Below the pieces are notes generated by a model that worked only from the letters and a program-made list of their open reading frames with translations, was not told where the DNA came from and did no database searches. A DNA stretch of 64,000 nt from Hydrolagus affinis (Eukaryota), in NCBI GenBank assembly GCA_012026655.1, contig JAAILG010000053.1, positions 62,001 through 126,000 of the forward strand, read 5' to 3'. Positions 1 through 13,047 of this stretch are shown one piece after another (the stretch's first letter is position 1; each line of letters starts with the position of its first letter). The position numbers and the translations under genes were made by a program.

Positions 1-1911
1 GTTCTCGCTTGTTTGGCAAACTGGGGTTTAACCTGACCGCTATTTTCACATTTTTGTGCCCCATCCACCACCCAATTAGCTTCCATATTTTAGAAAATGT
101 TCTTTTTCATCAGTCGAATCAGCTGGTGCACTCAGTTTGCAATCCTATGACTGATATCACATTAATTCCGCTTTCTGTCACTGTTCGTGCTGCCTTGATA
201 AATAAAAATCCTGCCATTAGGACTATTGCGTGGATCAGAAGGCGAAAATAAATCATTCGCTTAAGTCTGCAACATGTGGATGAGGTCAGGGTGTAATTGG
301 ATCCCACTAAGATGTTGTCCTCCAGCATTTCGCAAAGTGAAGGATATTTTTCAAAGTAGAACGTTTGAGGTATTCATAGGCGCGGGCGGTGGAGGGGTGG
401 GAGGGTGTATAGATTAACAGCAGGTTTTAATCATAAAAAGTTCGTATTTATAGGCAGTTTATGCAAATTGTGTACCACGGGATATGTGTTCCGGGGGTGT
501 TGATGTCAGGTGACGAATGATTTCAATTACTTGATTTTAATCAACACATCGTGCAAACATCACTGGTTTAAGCAAAATCCTGTAGCTTCATGGCATCACA
601 TTAAGATTTAGTCATCCGAGTTGACATTTGTAATCCTCATTTAAAAAATCCCAGAGGCATCCAACAGCTGTTGGTGTCTCCATTGATATTTAGTGGAGTA
701 AACACCTCAGGTTTTCACTTTAAGTAGATTCAAACTTAAAATCTGTTGACCTCCAGAAATGCGGTTTTTGTACCTGTTGAAGGCAACTTTTTCGTAAACT
801 CAGTCCCAGTGAACTATGAAAAGGTAATATCGACAATTGGGAGTGGGGTTCCTAAAATGTCGTTCACATAGATTGAACACTGTGTGGAGAACAATACCCA
901 TTGAACGTGCATTGAAGCAAAAGAGCATGTTCACGTTTTGTTACCTTTGTAACAAAAGGACGATAAAACAACTCGCAGGGTATCTGTAATAGGAAGGAAG
1001 CTAGGGTTAGCAGTTACTGGTGGAGATTAAAACCAGGGACGAACACTATACAAAAGGTTTTCTTTACCCTTTATCAGATCGTCTTCCGTTTTACGAGCAA
1101 ACTTGGATTTGCTTCAATAAACAGTGGGGTGGATCTATCCCTGATATCTTTCCACAGACAAAAAATACTTCAAATTTTATTCTCGTTACTCCAATTGCAC
1201 CACGTCGAGTACAATGCTCACCGCATTTATGACAAGCATGGTTGTTTGAATTGTTTCCTGTCCGGTTAGGTTACTTTTGGTAGCAAGTAAATGCCAAAAA
1301 AAAAGACATTGTTAGAGGAAATAATAGGTGCACAAATGGCTTACTCTAGGATGTAAACTAAGTATGAAAATTGCTCTATTGTCCCGGCATAAACTCAAGT
1401 CGCAGATTTAAAAACGGTTATATTTTTAAGCGTAAAATACACGTGTGACACCAACTATGCGCCCATTTTCACCAGATGCAATTCAAACCGAATTCCACAA
1501 AGGAGAACGATGAAAGTATCATCCGAGGCAAATATTTGTTTTCATTTTTTTTCGGTTATTTTGCTTATGATTAGTTAGTGTCGCTAAATTAATTCATTTC
1601 ACTGATGGCACTTTTGCACGGTTTCGGGAGATTCTGTCAGTTTTCATCTTCATGTGAAGTTAACAAGCATGTCCAAAAGGTTGAGGTTGAGTCATTTTGA
1701 ACTTGCAAACTCTGGACTCCATCTTGTTCGTTTCCCCCTCACCCTCCCCCACTCCCCAACACCCCGCTGGCTCAATGTTGTTTTAGAGACTAGACTTGTG
1801 AACTTGCAGCTCCACCCCACTATTACCCCCGGCCTGTCAATATTGTTTTAGAGTCTAGACTTCTGCAAAAAAAAGACTTGTTTGTATCTACTATCGATTA
1901 ATAAGTGCTAA

Positions 1912-2183
1912 TCAAATGGGGAAATTGGTTGGCATTTCTCGAATTCTATTTTCCCTGCTCATCTTTTTCAGCTTCATTCTTCTGTTTTGAAACCAGATTT
2001 TGACTTGCCGGTCAGACAGATTCACGCCCCGGCTGATCTCCAGTCGGCGCTCTCGAGTCAAATACATGTTAAAGAGAAATTCCTTTTCCAGTTCCAGGGT
2101 CTGGTGTTTAGTGTATGGGCAACGCTTCTTCCTCCCGCCCTTCGGAGTCAGCCAGTTTATCGCATTCTCCGTCTTTGTGTGTT
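1912..2183 (-). CDS. hoxb10: Hoxb10 exon 2 (homeodomain)
   Basis: Reads [42 protein letters not shown]...[20 protein letters not shown], a paralog group 10 homeodomain and C-terminal tail. Acceptor TTTTTCCCGATTGACAG ends at 2184 (phase 1). Stop at 1914-1912. B-cluster identity comes from linkage to hoxb13. Confidence 0.93.
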
Positions 2184-5100
2184 CTGTCAATCGGGAAAAA
2201 CAAATTGTCAAATGGACTGCCGAATAAGAGTGTTCTTTCTTTATTTAACCCCAACAGCATCGTGACCCGAGATTCAAAAGGGTCTCTCGTTTGAGGAGGG
2301 GGAGAGAAGGGTCAATTAGCGTGAACCATCCGCGATTCTTCCTGTTTCAAAACTACAAGGTGCTGAACATCAAATTAGTGGAACCTATTTTTATTTTTCA
2401 ATCACACAGTTAGTTTGGTCCAGGGGAGTGTGTGTGTGTGTGTGTTGGGGACTGGGGTGTGGGGAGAAGAGAATTCTGTTGCGAGAGGGCCAAAAGTTGT
2501 ATACTTTGAACTTAACTCGAAATGTTTTCAAAATACATCAAGTCAGTGAACCTATAGTACTGTACATTAAAAGTTACTGAGATGAAATCTATTGTAATAA
2601 AATATCAATGAGAGAGAGCCTTTGTATATAGCCCTATGACAGCAGCCCTCCAAGTGAAATGAATGGATAGAACGTGCCGGAATCATTGTATATGTTCCTT
2701 CACACGCGGCCCATGCAGCCTAACAAAAGCAGGGCGTTAGTATAAATATATGTGTGTGTGCGTGTGCGTGCGCGCATAAAATAAACCTAAACTAATTGAT
2801 ATCGAAGCTGTATTTATCAGCGAAACCACATTGACAAGCATTATTCCTTTAGTGACTAATATCCATTGGACAATCATGTCACCCCCTTTTCTAACTGGAT
2901 GGATGCATTACCAAATAGCTTTTCTACACTGTGAGTTGTCGATCACGCGACAGTTGTTAGTGGGAAGGTTCTTTGCCTCCATGCACACAATAAGGAGTTC
3001 ATGCACTGAATTGTGCGGAGGTTATGATTTATACACGGATGGAATAATGTCGTTTTGAAATGGCAAGCACTCGGATACTTGGAACTGTTTCCTTTGGGGG
3101 AATTCCTCATCTTCTTACTTCCAGCTGCTCGTTTTTCAATTTGTAAAGTATCGATAGTTCCAAATAACACCCCCACCCCCCCCCCCCCCCACCACCCTCT
3201 CCCACCACCTCTTACACCCATTTATTCATCTTTTAATGGAAAGTTAGATGGTCAGATTGAAGTCTCTGTATTTAACGAGCGATGCACACAGGAAGCTGCA
3301 GGAACTGTCTCGCCGCAAAGTATCAGACTTACACAGCGATTGTTTGTTAATTGCCAAAGGAGTTGTCACAAATGGGCGCGAAAAGTTGCTCCACTAAGGT
3401 AATACACCGAATTTGTTTTTGTAAATGCGCTAAAAAAAAACTATGTCTTTATTTGCAAGCAAAAACACAAAATTTCTGAAAATCGGAGAGGCGTGTTAAT
3501 AGAGTGAGAACAAAATCTCAGGATTATAATTCAATGTCTATTAACCAGTCTTCTATGAAGGTTTTATGGTTACGTTTCAAATAAACTTTCATTGCTCGGT
3601 TTAGGTGAAAATTGACTGGATATAATAACGGTTAGGATGAAAAATAATGGATCTGATTATTGTAATGTCTTTGAATTGCAGTTTCAACAGGAGGAACGTT
3701 TAACATTTTGAGAAGAAATAAAGAAATAATGCAAATGTTCTATGTTTACCAAAGCAAACAATCCATTCCAGATTCTTCGTAAACGTCATCTTAAAAATCG
3801 ATCCTTATTGCGCAAAGGTGATATGTTGTGATCTAGTGATATGTCCACTACAGTGCCTTAGACCTGAAAACTAATTGAATGTTTTCACTTGTTACCATTG
3901 AATCACAAAACCAATACTGTTTTGTTTATAGAAACAATAAAATTAATATTTTTTTAAAAGGACGCAAGGAGCGAAGTATGAGTCTTGATTAGTTTGCTCA
4001 AGCAGAGAAAACAAGGACTTGCTGTATAACTGTATGATTCTACATCATAATAATACTCCTGCTCGTGTTCTGGTTAGCGGGAAACCAAATTCCAAAGTCA
4101 TTACATTAAGTATAGTATTACGAAACCCTCTGTATCAAATGAAATCTGATAATAATATTTCTGTGCTTTTAACCAATAAAGATTCACAATTATTACTGTA
4201 TGTACCAGCTAATAAACAGTATAGCTATTTTAATACCAGTTCACATTCCTACCTAGAAAATATAGTCGCAAACAATACAAGGAAAGTGTTGTGGTCCTCA
4301 AATTAATATTGTGTCTGGAAGGTCATACTTGCCATGCATTTCCTGGTTACACTCTCTTTCATTTTGGTCTCTAATCTTTCGAGGAAAGGAAAGAAATACA
4401 TTTCTCTGATACTGTAGTTGGTTTGAATTCTATCCACACTGATAATTTGTGTATTTGTGTATTTGCTATAATTCTTTGTTTCATTTTTGCAATTTAACTA
4501 AGCAACTTCTTAGATCAATGGCATGTGGCCTTTTTGAAATGCAGCAAATGGCAAAAGAAGGCCAAATGAAGAGCAGCAAGTTTGGAAAGAAATAAGCGAC
4601 CAAAAACGACTTCGTGGCTTAGTTTGAACAATAAACATGAATCAAACATATACCTTTACAAAGCTTGCTAATGGTCAATTGAGTAATCGTTCTTTTGTAT
4701 TGCTTTAAAATATGTTGAATCATATGTGTTTGAAAAGGCATTTGGTATTGCATGAGAAATGTCTTCACGCCAAACAGCAAAGGATAAGTTAGTATATACA
4801 GACTTTGGAGAATGCAAACCAGAACTTGCAGTATAAATGTGAGGGATTCAGTCCTCCCCCATCTATTTGACCATCTGATATAGCCCATAGATCCAATAAT
4901 TTTTAACCTGGAATTGCAATGAAGTGAATCTGAATCTGATTTAGTCTCGGTACCATTCGAATAAGGGGTCGATGCAGTTCATATAAAGCAACATATATTT
5001 GAAAAGAAAACAGCGTTTGGAATGCAAAAGCATTCGATTTTCTCTTACAAAATAGAAGAATATTTCACTCGGGGAATATTTATTATGAATGCCCTCTTTA

Positions 5101-6613
5101 AACAACTTTAAACACGAGGCATTTTTATTTTCTCCCTAATGCAGAATAACCAAGGAAAATATATTTGCATATTTTCATGAATAGGGAACCAAATTGTCAT
5201 CCTATTTCTATTGCAATACAATAATGATAGCTTAAATGGATATTGTATTTTTAAAATTGCCTTAATTCGTACCTTTAATATATTTTATGCATGTATATAA
5301 AATATTGATGACTTGTTGCATGAGCAAAATTTCAATACATTCTTGAAACAACTTTTAAAACATAACATTGAAACTTTGAGTTTTTAAATTATATTTTAAA
5401 TAATTGGTCTATCTTAAAAAAAAGTTAACAGACGCAATATTTTTCCGTAACTGGAACTTGTGACTACTAACTGAGTTTACCATGTCACTTCTGACTGTTT
5501 GGTTAACTTTATGTGTCGAGGTGCGAAGGAATAACGTAGCAAATAATTTTCAGCTTCAACAAAACACGATTTTCATTCGGTGCCTTAACAGAGCTCTTAG
5601 TAACAAACATAGATCGTGTAAATATTACAGGATTTAAATAAATTACATTCAGTATTCTGAAGATGCGGAATTCATTGATGCAATTTTTGGAATATACGAA
5701 AAATCCTTATACGTCGGGAAGACACCCAAAGCGCTTCAAATGATCTACTGTAAAGTGTAGTAACGCGACACTCAACTTGCGAACACCAATGTCCCACATA
5801 GCCATGAAGTGAACGACTTATTTTTTTTCCTGGGGGTTTGGCTCTGTTTTTATACATGCGTCAACTGATGAACTTGGGACAATTCCGTGCCTAAGACATG
5901 TTCAAGGAACATTGTTAGCCTCCACAGACCACAATACCAATGGCCATTGAAATATTACTGCCTATTTTCACTATTTTCTTTACCAAACGACCTAACTCTA
6001 AAACAAACGCTTAGTATTTTAGATAAATAGTCATTTAATTACACTCACATACATGTATGTTTCGTGTGCGATATACATGTAATCTTACACAGCCTGAATA
6101 TTAAATTACATTGAATTTGTAATCAGATATGATCTACATACACAATGATATTATTTTCACGCTTAGATAGATATGATACATATTCTTTACGTGCCACTAT
6201 CTCTGAAGCTGCTTTTGCTTGATACCTTAACTTTCATATGATAAAATATACTTTGAAGTTCTCTTTTCAAACACGTTTGCATTGATGAATGGCCTTTCTT
6301 TTTGCCTAGGTGGGTTGTTTATATTGGGGGCTTTTATGGCAGCCTCTAATGTCTAGAAATCAGTCACATTCAGAACAGAAACACTCCGCGGTTTTGATCT
6401 TTTAAAGAGTCGCTTAAATTAGGTTGTAACTTACCCTGACGAATGGGCCAGTACTATAAATTACCTCAGGTATTAATTTGAACATTGGGATCCTTGTGCT
6501 GAAGACAAAGACAGTTCATTGGGTCGCCTGACTACATTCACCTTGTTGCAGCCTTGTTATTACTGCAATTACCGTGTAATCGCTTGTCTTCCTCTCTTCC
6601 TCAGTTTACTCAC

Positions 6614-7343
6614 CTTTTACTTCTTTCTCTGAAATAGTTTTGTCCACGTCAACAAACCGCAAAGGCGACGCATCTTCTGCAAAGTGGGGCTCCCGTTCGT
6701 CTCCATTCTTTGCGGGTTCTTCGTGGCCCGGATCGCTCGAAACCGTCACGCTTGTGTCCTTCCCACCCGGTTTTGAAGAGGATAACGTTGGTGGCGCGGC
6801 GAAGGGAGGGTTGAAGCAACTGCTGGATTGAACCGAGCACTGCGCAGCGAGCGGCTGCAGAGGGTTGTAATCCGTGGTCTTGTTTGATGCGTAGGTTGCG
6901 TTGGGACGGAAATACCTTGGTACAGAAACTCTACCACTGTCACCAGAGCAAATTTCCGACAACCTCGGGTAAGAAGAAACGCTTGGTGGCGTCTTCGGGT
7001 GTTTATCTCCATCTAACAAGCAATAGTTCCCTTCCTCCTTAACGCTGGGCGCGAAAGAACAGCTACTCGTCTGTTGGAGTCGGTCTGCCTGGCTGGGGGG
7101 TGGCTGATTTACCCAGCCTACCATCGCTGGCACGTAGTGGTGTGGAGCCAAGCCTATACCTTGCTGCTGATTCATCCCTCCCTGTTTACGCTGTGCAACG
7201 CCAACTTGCCAATTCTGTAACCCGTGGCTCTGCTCCGATCTAAAGGGCAAATAGCCCCCAGAACAGTAAGGTTCCGGTCGGTTGGGGCAAATCAAGGAGC
7301 TCACTGAAAACGAGCTGGAAGCAGAATTCTCGGAACATGACAT
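6614..7343 (-). CDS. hoxb10: Hoxb10 exon 1
   Basis: The ORF begins MSCSENSASSSFSVSSLI and contains SCSFAPSVKEE and VPRYFR, motifs typical of Hox10. Donor AAG|GTGAGT at 6614/6613 is phase 1 and matches exon 2. The spliced product is 333 aa with a 4430 bp intron. Confidence 0.92.
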
Positions 7344-7425
7344 AGCTGGAGCTTAATTTGGCCGAGGAAAAGGGTTATTGTCAAACTGACATTACTTCAG
7401 CACTCATCAAAAGGCACTCGCGGAC

Positions 7426-7480
7426 AACTTCCTGTCAGTCAGCCAATCAGACCCGCGCCAGCCTCTGCTGAACCGCCCAC
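7426..7480. promoter_or_regulatory. Hoxb10 proximal promoter elements
   Basis: ETS-type ACTTCCTG, CCAAT box (AGCCAATCAG at 7441-7450) and GC box (CCGCCC) lie 80-140 bp upstream of the ATG. Confidence 0.5.
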
Positions 7481-9130
7481 ATCTTGGTGGTTGAAAAAGA
7501 GTCGAAAATTGATGCATTGTCAATGTTCACTTACACCTAGTTATTGTGAATAACCTTATTAATCCTGCTTTATTAATATGACTCAAGCTTTCATCCTTTC
7601 TCTACACATGCAAATTATTATTTCAATGGGCAACATCGCTGCTTATGTTTGCGTGTCCGAATAAAACAAACCAAGGTTACAATTTGCAGTTTATTTTACA
7701 GAATGGCGAGCGGTAAATAGCTACACTAGTTCTCTACTTTTTCCTCTCTAATTCCGTTTCATGGCGAACTGAATAAGAAAATATCCAAATACCAGGAGCC
7801 TTTTCCACGAGGAAAGTGAGTGAGGATTCTGAAGGCTATAATGTCCATTCATTAATCAAAGTCTCACTTGTCTTGCATTGGAATGGTTGCAGTTTCTAAC
7901 ACTCCATATTTTAACATCCTAAGTGTTATAAATATATAATTGATTTAATAGCAATTCACATGTAGTTTTAATTTTCAATCAGAATAATGTTGTGGTTAAG
8001 TAACAGTAACAGTTTTCTTTTGGAAGTATTTAATGTTATCCATTTCAATCTAGCTCATAACTTTTAAAACATAACCTATGTTTGCATTCAGTGAATATAT
8101 ATTCAACAGATTTTTTTTTACATTGTAGAGTGTTCAAACTAAATAACCAAACATCTAATTGTGCTAAATGCTTCTCAATAGCTTGTTATTCTTTTAGCAT
8201 GAGAATGATTGATTTTTAAAAATAATATTCTCATTCTTTTTACCCCATGTTCATTCACAATCCCTCATTGTTCGCTTTCTCACAACAAGTGGCCAAGTTT
8301 ACTTGCCATACTTTATCGTTTATTTTTTTCGATGAAACACGCAAAAAAAATCAACCGCTATGTCTATGAATATACTGACCTGGGTTATTAATGTGTAAAG
8401 CGCACTTACACCCTTGGTGATAAATGGGTTCACAGGAAATACGCAGTTAAATTGTTGATTTCATTTAGAATAAGTATTCGCGCTCCAAGAACCGATAAAT
8501 ACAATACACAATACATATTTTCTCCTAAAGAGCAAAATCCCAGGCAGATAGTAATCCCAATGTACCTTGTATTTACAGAATAATTGCTTGCATATTCTAC
8601 AAATATTATTTAACTTGAACTAACGTTAAATTGACTCGTGGTCAATAACTTACCTTTCCTTCTGTGACAATTGTGGATACATACTTGTGCTAAAATAAAT
8701 TCTGCACTATATGTTCAGAGAGAAGTGATATTATCCCTTGAAAAGGACCACCGAATCCCTTCCAAAATCGTACCGAAAGATTTTAACATTTGATCAATTA
8801 ATCATCTGCACGGGATTTTCCATGTTGTGGATTTTATATATTTCAAGAAAGATTAAATCTTGAATGACAGAAATGAAGTTTTTATTGACGGCTAACGAAC
8901 TGCAGATTTTGTGAAACTGTTGTTTTCGTCTGGATGAAATTCTTTCCTGACTAAAGCTGAGTCGCAATGTCAGATCATATTTCCAGTGCTCCAAATAGCA
9001 ATAATACAAAGGCCTCTGAGTTGGATCTGTGACCAGAGCTCGGTAAGCATCTGCTTTGCGATTATCGGATTAGGTTGTAAATGGGATTTGAGATTCCCCT
9101 TTCTCTACAAACACCACCCCCCACCCCCCT

Positions 9131-9161
<31 letters not shown>

Positions 9162-12100
9162 CCACTCCCAGGGCAAGAAATGCATGTCCTCAAACGAAAG
9201 GAATTCGATATGCTTGCCTTCATAACATTTCAAAACTGGATGATATTTGAGAAAGGCAAAGGGAGAAACGACCACATGGGGGAGGGCATGCTCTGAAGAT
9301 ACATTTCTCTCCCAGAACAGTAAGAATTCTGCGTATAATGTCTGGTCGGTTGCATGGGTGAAAATAGCTGAGATTTTCTGTTTTCTGTCTTCTGCTCAAT
9401 TACGAGGCCCACGAGAAAATTATTTTCAGCTCAGAAGAGAAACAAAGCGATGTCTGTCTGTATGTATGTGCTTCATTTTGTACGTATATGGACTTGTGTG
9501 TGTGTGTCGCCTGTATGTGTTGGGGGTGGGGCATTCAGTACATCTATATATGAGGTTTACTAAATCACTTCTCTACCTCCAATCTTTAGAAAGAGAAGGA
9601 ATCAATAAGGTACTCAACTATTTTCCATGAGTAGAAATATAGTTAGCAAATTGCTTGCTATCCCCCAGATAAACAATGTATATGATCTGAGGGAGTTTAT
9701 ATATATAATTATTGACCAAATATTCATATCTGAACCTACATATACACACACGCGCGCGAATTTGTATATAATTTGCATATTTCAAGTATTATATATTAAA
9801 AGCGGACACATTTTTATTGTATTACAGCTGCATGTATAACATTGTGGAAAGCATACTCTGCGCATTGAAACAAATAGCTGTGAATAATTGCGTTTTTTTT
9901 TACATTGTATCTTACGAGAATTATTCAAACAAAATAACCGGGTTATCCAAATTCAATGATAACGTTTGATCTCTATTTACCGAATCCATAGTAATTAATT
10001 GTATTTCACCATGAAAATAATTGTGCTTTTCGGACTCTTTATTAAAGGGCGGCTGCTTTAGATGGAGTTAAAATAGATATGTTAGTGTTTTAAAGAGCAA
10101 TATGATGTACTCAATAATCCATAGTTTGGAGATGTACGTTAATAAATGGTTGCATTTGATGCAAAGCGCCCAATTATCATTCAATATAGTTTAGAATATA
10201 GGTGATACATGACGGCAATACTTGCATTACAAATGTTACAATGAGTGATCCTGTTTTGAATTGAAACAGTTCAATCCATTCGATTCGATTTACAGCCACA
10301 CGTTTCACAACTTACCCGGGGAATCTGCAAGAATGATAGCAACAATCAATAGGTATTTAGGTTATAAATGAACTTGCTGTGTGCGTAAAATCCTGGTGGC
10401 TCCTTCGTGCGAAATGACCCATATGTAATTCTAGGATATTTAAATCAGATTTGATATAATAAATGTGGCAGAAACCACATAGAAACAAACCCACACTACT
10501 AATTTATGGCGCTTTTACAAAACGATTGCAACGCTTAAAGGAAGATATTTTTTTAAAGTGTTGGGTTCAGTTTCGGACACATTTGAAATACGGCTTCTTG
10601 GCGGCCCAATGAATGGAGATTCACTGCTTCCCAGGATACCAACATACATGGCACTAGCAATCTCAGCCATAACTCTCACAGAAACCACACCCAAACATTA
10701 CTCTCTGGTTCATGTTAAGATACCAGATCTCGCTGCAAATGGAATATTGGTAAAATATCTTGATAGAGGTCACACACCCCGGATTGTATATTTCAGACTG
10801 TACGCGTATATGGCTGTAGATATGTATATGTGAGAATGTATATCTGTGCACATGAAAATTGGTATATTTACATTCTGTGCAGAGAATATGTTTGATCTGT
10901 GTGTGCAAAAAAGAAGGTATAATATATTATTTGCCGCAAAGGATAATAATTACAATTAAGATAATGGCAAGAATTGGCTTATTTCCTAATAAAAATCATC
11001 CATCTCTCATTGTATAAATGAATAACATAGTGAGCAAGATTATACAAACACACACTACAAATTCATCTCTTGCGCGTTAGATGTAGAAGCGTTATTACTT
11101 TCTGTTTCAATTCGAATAAGTCCGAGTTTGGGGCTGTTTTCTAATAAATCTATAAAGTTCAGATGACCTTGTTGGACTTTTCTCTACCCACCATAGACTG
11201 AAGATAATGGAACCATTTTGCATTTTGAAAACTCAATTTTCTTACACAAACGGTAAATAAAACAATAAAACCAACCACTTCAGCAGCAACTATAAATAAT
11301 ATAGTCTTTATTTAAATTTATAAAAACGTTTAAAGGTTATCCCTTCATAGTTTGTGAATTGCCTTTCACGAATAGAGTATGCGCTCACTTTCCCTCTCGA
11401 CTGGCTTGGAAACGATTGGCAACTCAATAAATAACATTCAGTTAAAAATTATCGGAATTCGGAGGAGGACAGTTCGATATTTACAAACTGCAGCGACAAA
11501 CTTTGTACTTCTCACGGTTTGAAATGATAATTTCAGAATCTTTGAGGCTTAGAGCAAGAAAAGGGATGATTTCTTTTTACGAACAACAATACACTACACC
11601 ACGCCAATCCAAAGTTGTCACATCGAAACAAAGAATTATCTGTAATATATACTTCTCAATCTGCAGCCGAATGAATAGAAAGTAGCAGGTTTTAATAATA
11701 TTCTATCGTCAGCTATGTCTGTGCTGAAAATGTGAATAACAATGAATTAACAAGCAAATTGTCTTCTCAATACGTTCTCCATCGGTTTAAATTAGCAAAT
11801 ATATTGAAATTCTCCACATGTTTCGATGAATTGCTGTACCTTTCTATCGCGATCTCGAAGGCATGAAACAGAGCCTTGCTTCCGAATTGTTTCATTCACT
11901 TTCCACACACCGCAGGTAGTTTAATAACAGTCAATCCATGAACTATAGCCTAAAGTTCTTAACAGTTACGAACCCCGAATGCCCTTAAAAAGGAGGCAGA
12001 CACAGTGAAACACTGCTCGTCAACGCCCTAAAAAATGTTGGGGATTCTTTAAATGATCATGTGTATATAAATACGTCACCCATTGGTTTCATTTGAACAA

Positions 12101-12977
12101 ATGCCATACGTAATGTTACTATGTGCCATCTAAAATGTTAATCTGAAGAAACCATAGCTTCACTTCGATTTTTGCAAGCGAATAAGGGTAACATTCTGAC
12201 CTCAAGTCTTATCGACCTTCAACCTCTCCCACCCCCACCCTATGAAGGTCAAGGTATCTTAATTCCGAAAAAAATACGTTCCATTGGGGAAACAATTCCA
12301 TTACCTCCAAATTATCCAGTATATAAAAACCTGCTAATTCAGCAGAATTATTATAAAAAAATCCTTGTTGCAAATATAGCAGAGGTCGCTGGATAATATA
12401 GCGGTGAGCAGAGGTGGCTGAATAAATCGTTGAACTCAAAATGCAAAGTACAAATCATCAAGTTGATACACTGCAACGTTCAATTACAGTTTGCGCCAGA
12501 GCAGCACATACAAGGTCAAACATTGTTCACCAAATTGCCGAAATAAAACACGTTTACATAACTGCAAGCCACGTAACAAGTTTAGACGCACAAAAATCTG
12601 ATCGAATATTTTTTAAGTAATCTGATTTTAAATAAGGAATTACAAGATTGATATTGGCGCTGGAAACGCAGATTAATAAATTATTCAAACAAAAGTCACA
12701 TTTATAATTCTTTTGCTTGAATTGAAGAACAATCGAACGCCACAATTCGACTGAGGTTAATTCAACGAACAATGTAGTCAAAAGATAGATAAGAAAGGTA
12801 ATGGGCAGAAAATAATAATAAATAATAATAGTAATTCTTCAATTTCATTGAAATCAAACAATCAGCGGTTTATATCGTTATTAATAACATTCAATATATT
12901 TAAAATTGATTTAAATTAATATTATTTTTCTGCCCGTTTAATATTATTCCTTTTTTCTCCATCAAGAATAACAACAG

Positions 12978-13047
12978 TCCTTGAATTTAATTCTTGAATC
13001 CTTGACGTCTTCTAGACGTCTCAAAGCGCTTCACAGAATATACTGTC
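12978..13047 (-). mobile_element. SINE 3-prime tail fragment
   Basis: GACGTCTTCTAGACGTCTCAAAGCGCTTCACAGAATATACTGT matches the tails of the full-length SINE copies in this window. Confidence 0.75.

Noticed and set aside
11914-11925. AGGTAGTTTAAT resembling the start of miR-196
   Set aside because: It is on the wrong strand for a Hox-embedded miRNA, the match is short and there is no hairpin arm. miR-196 is expected between groups 9 and 10 and I did not find it in this window.
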